Notes under the pieces: model-generated
The model's input: only the letters and a program-made list of their open reading frames with translations
Database searches by the model: none
What the model was told of the DNA's origin: nothing
Made by a program: the position numbers and the translations under genes
Part shown: piece after piece, positions 62,591 through 64,000 of the stretch
Layout of the letters: each line of letters begins with the position of its first letter
Numbering within the stretch: the stretch's first letter is position 1
Assembly: GCA_963806115.1 (NCBI GenBank)
Contig: CAWDWW010000019.1
Span: 1,675-65,674 of the forward strand
DNA: 64,000 nucleotides
Direction: 5' to 3'
DNA from: an uncultured beta proteobacterium
GTDB taxonomy: Bacteria > Pseudomonadota > Gammaproteobacteria > Burkholderiales > Gallionellaceae

Positions 62591-63727
62591 TCACTCGCTT
62601 GGTATATTAATTTGATTTTCAGCTATTGCGGAGGATTGGCGCAAGGTTTTGGCTTCCATCATTGCCAGTCGCAAACCATCCAAACCCGCGCCGCTTTTGG
62701 CACTGAGAAATACGCGGGTAATTCTACCATAATCGTCGCGCTGCACGCTGGGCGGAACATCCAGCAAGTCGATCTTGTTGAACACCAGTACCTGCGGGAT
62801 GTCTGCTGCATCGATCTCGGTCAACACCTTGTTCACCTCGGCGATCTGATCGTCGCGATTGGCATTGTTGGCATCAACCACATGCACCAACAAGTCGGCC
62901 TGTATCGTCTCTTCAAGCGTGCTGCGAAATGCTGCAACCAGCGAGTGGGGCAAATGCCGGATAAATCCTACTGTGTCCGACACCACGATCTCGCCCGATT
63001 CTTCAGTGAACATGCGGCGCGAAGTGGTATCGAGTGTTGCGAACAATTGGTCTGCCACGTACACGTTGGCGCGCGTCAGCCTGTTGAACAATGTGGATTT
63101 TCCCGCATTGGTATAGCCGACGATGGATACCGACAGTACATCGTGGCGATTGCGTGCACGACGCTGTACTTCACGCTGGCGCTTGAGTTGTTCAAGGCGG
63201 TCCTTCAACATATGAACGCGTTTATCCAGCTTGCGTCTGTCCAGCTCCAGCTTGGTTTCACCCGGACCGCGCGCGCCGACAGCATGCTTCTGCTGTCCCA
63301 TGTTCTGGTTCATGCCGACCAGATGCGTTGAGAGATACTTGAGTTGCGCCAGCTCTACCTGGACCTTGCCTTCGTGGCTTTGCGCTCGCTGCGCAAAGAT
63401 ATCCAGGATCAGCATGGTCCGGTCGATCACGCGTGTATTCAGCTTGGTGGTCAGGTTGCGCATCTGCGCCGGTGAAAGATCGTGATTGAAAATGACCAGC
63501 GGGGCTTCCAATCGTTCTACCAGATCGGCGATCTCCTGAACCTTGCCACTTCCCGCGAACAATGCTGCGTCCGGCCGCTGCCGTTTGGCTTCGACGATGG
63601 CCAAAGTGCGCACGCCGGCAGTTTCGGCAAGCAAACGAAGCTCCGTCAAACTCTCGCTGTGATCGCTCTCGCCAAAGTCGATACTGACCAGTATCGCGCC
63701 GTCCGAGCCGGCAGGTTGTTGCTGCAT
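62591..63727 (-). CDS. hflX: GTPase HflX
   Basis: GPGETKLE, GYTNAGKS, FATLD, DTVG and NKID. Confidence 0.96.
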   Translation of the reverse strand: MQQQPAGSDGAILVSIDFGESDHSESLTELRLLAETAGVRTLAIVEAKRQRPDAALFAGSGKVQEIADLVERLEAPLVIFNHDLSPAQMRNLTTKLNTRVIDRTMLILDIFAQRAQSHEGKVQVELAQLKYLSTHLVGMNQNMGQQKHAVGARGPGETKLELDRRKLDKRVHMLKDRLEQLKRQREVQRRARNRHDVLSVSIVGYTNAGKSTLFNRLTRANVYVADQLFATLDTTSRRMFTEESGEIVVSDTVGFIRHLPHSLVAAFRSTLEETIQADLLVHVVDANNANRDDQIAEVNKVLTEIDAADIPQVLVFNKIDLLDVPPSVQRDDYGRITRVFLSAKSGAGLDGLRLAMMEAKTLRQSSAIAENQINIPSE

Positions 63728-63960
63728 TACTCTGCTTCGTCGTGTGGAATGCTGACTGCACGCACCGGGACTATCGTTGAAATCGCGTGTTTATAGACCA
63801 TTTGGGTTATCGTGTTCTTCAGCAGCACCACGTATTGATCGAACGACTCGACCTGACCTTGCAGCTTGATGCCATTTACCAGGTAGATCGCAACCTGCAC
63901 ATGTTCTTTGCGCAGCATGTTCAAAAACGGATCCTGCAATTGCTGTCCTTTATCACTCAT
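63727..63960 (-). CDS. hfq: RNA chaperone Hfq
   Basis: [21 protein letters not shown] and YKHAIST. Confidence 0.97.
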   Translation of the reverse strand: MSDKGQQLQDPFLNMLRKEHVQVAIYLVNGIKLQGQVESFDQYVVLLKNTITQMVYKHAISTIVPVRAVSIPHDEAE

Positions 63961-64000
63961 GTTATTGCTCTTATAGTTAGACACGGGGTAACACTTTACT

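Overview
A 64-kb chromosomal segment from a betaproteobacterium. Gene content and order suggest Gallionellaceae/Nitrosomonadales (inference). Housekeeping blocks: a fatty-acid beta-oxidation cluster (fadE, SDR, fadD, thioesterase, FadN-type dehydrogenase), radA, a DinG/YoaA helicase, ompR/envZ-like, rimO, pgeF-rluD/bamD, mlaA, htpX, mdh, rnr-rlmB, tRNA-Leu(CAG) and hfq-hflX-hflK-hflC-DUF2065-hisZ-purA. Accessory modules between them: (1) an AT-rich XRE-ImmA/IrrE peptidase + DUF4411 PIN cassette; (2) a Tat-exported calcineurin-like metallophosphoesterase paired with a SoxA/TsdA-like monoheme cytochrome c, divergent from oxyR, which is the best candidate for an undescribed system; (3) an oxyR-rubrerythrin-Fe-S oxidoreductase-DUF3501 operon carrying an encapsulin-type ferritin that has no targeting peptide and no encapsulin in the window; (4) a four-lipoprotein LPP20/LPP20/COG3014/LpoB cluster; (5) the AmmeMemoRadiSam operon with a small membrane peptide, a hydrolase and a PRTase; (6) an OafA-like acyltransferase; (7) a YeiH exporter with a coupled leader ORF and a small four-Cys protein. 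Non-coding features include several GTAG-type REPs, an ERIC-like element, a palindromic repeat inside a coding sequence and a candidate H-type pseudoknot in a 5' UTR. Many genes carry single-base frameshifts, most likely long-read consensus errors, so several coordinates are reconstructed across frames. I saw no CRISPR array, integrase or transposase. All family assignments come from motif recognition by eye, not from database searches.
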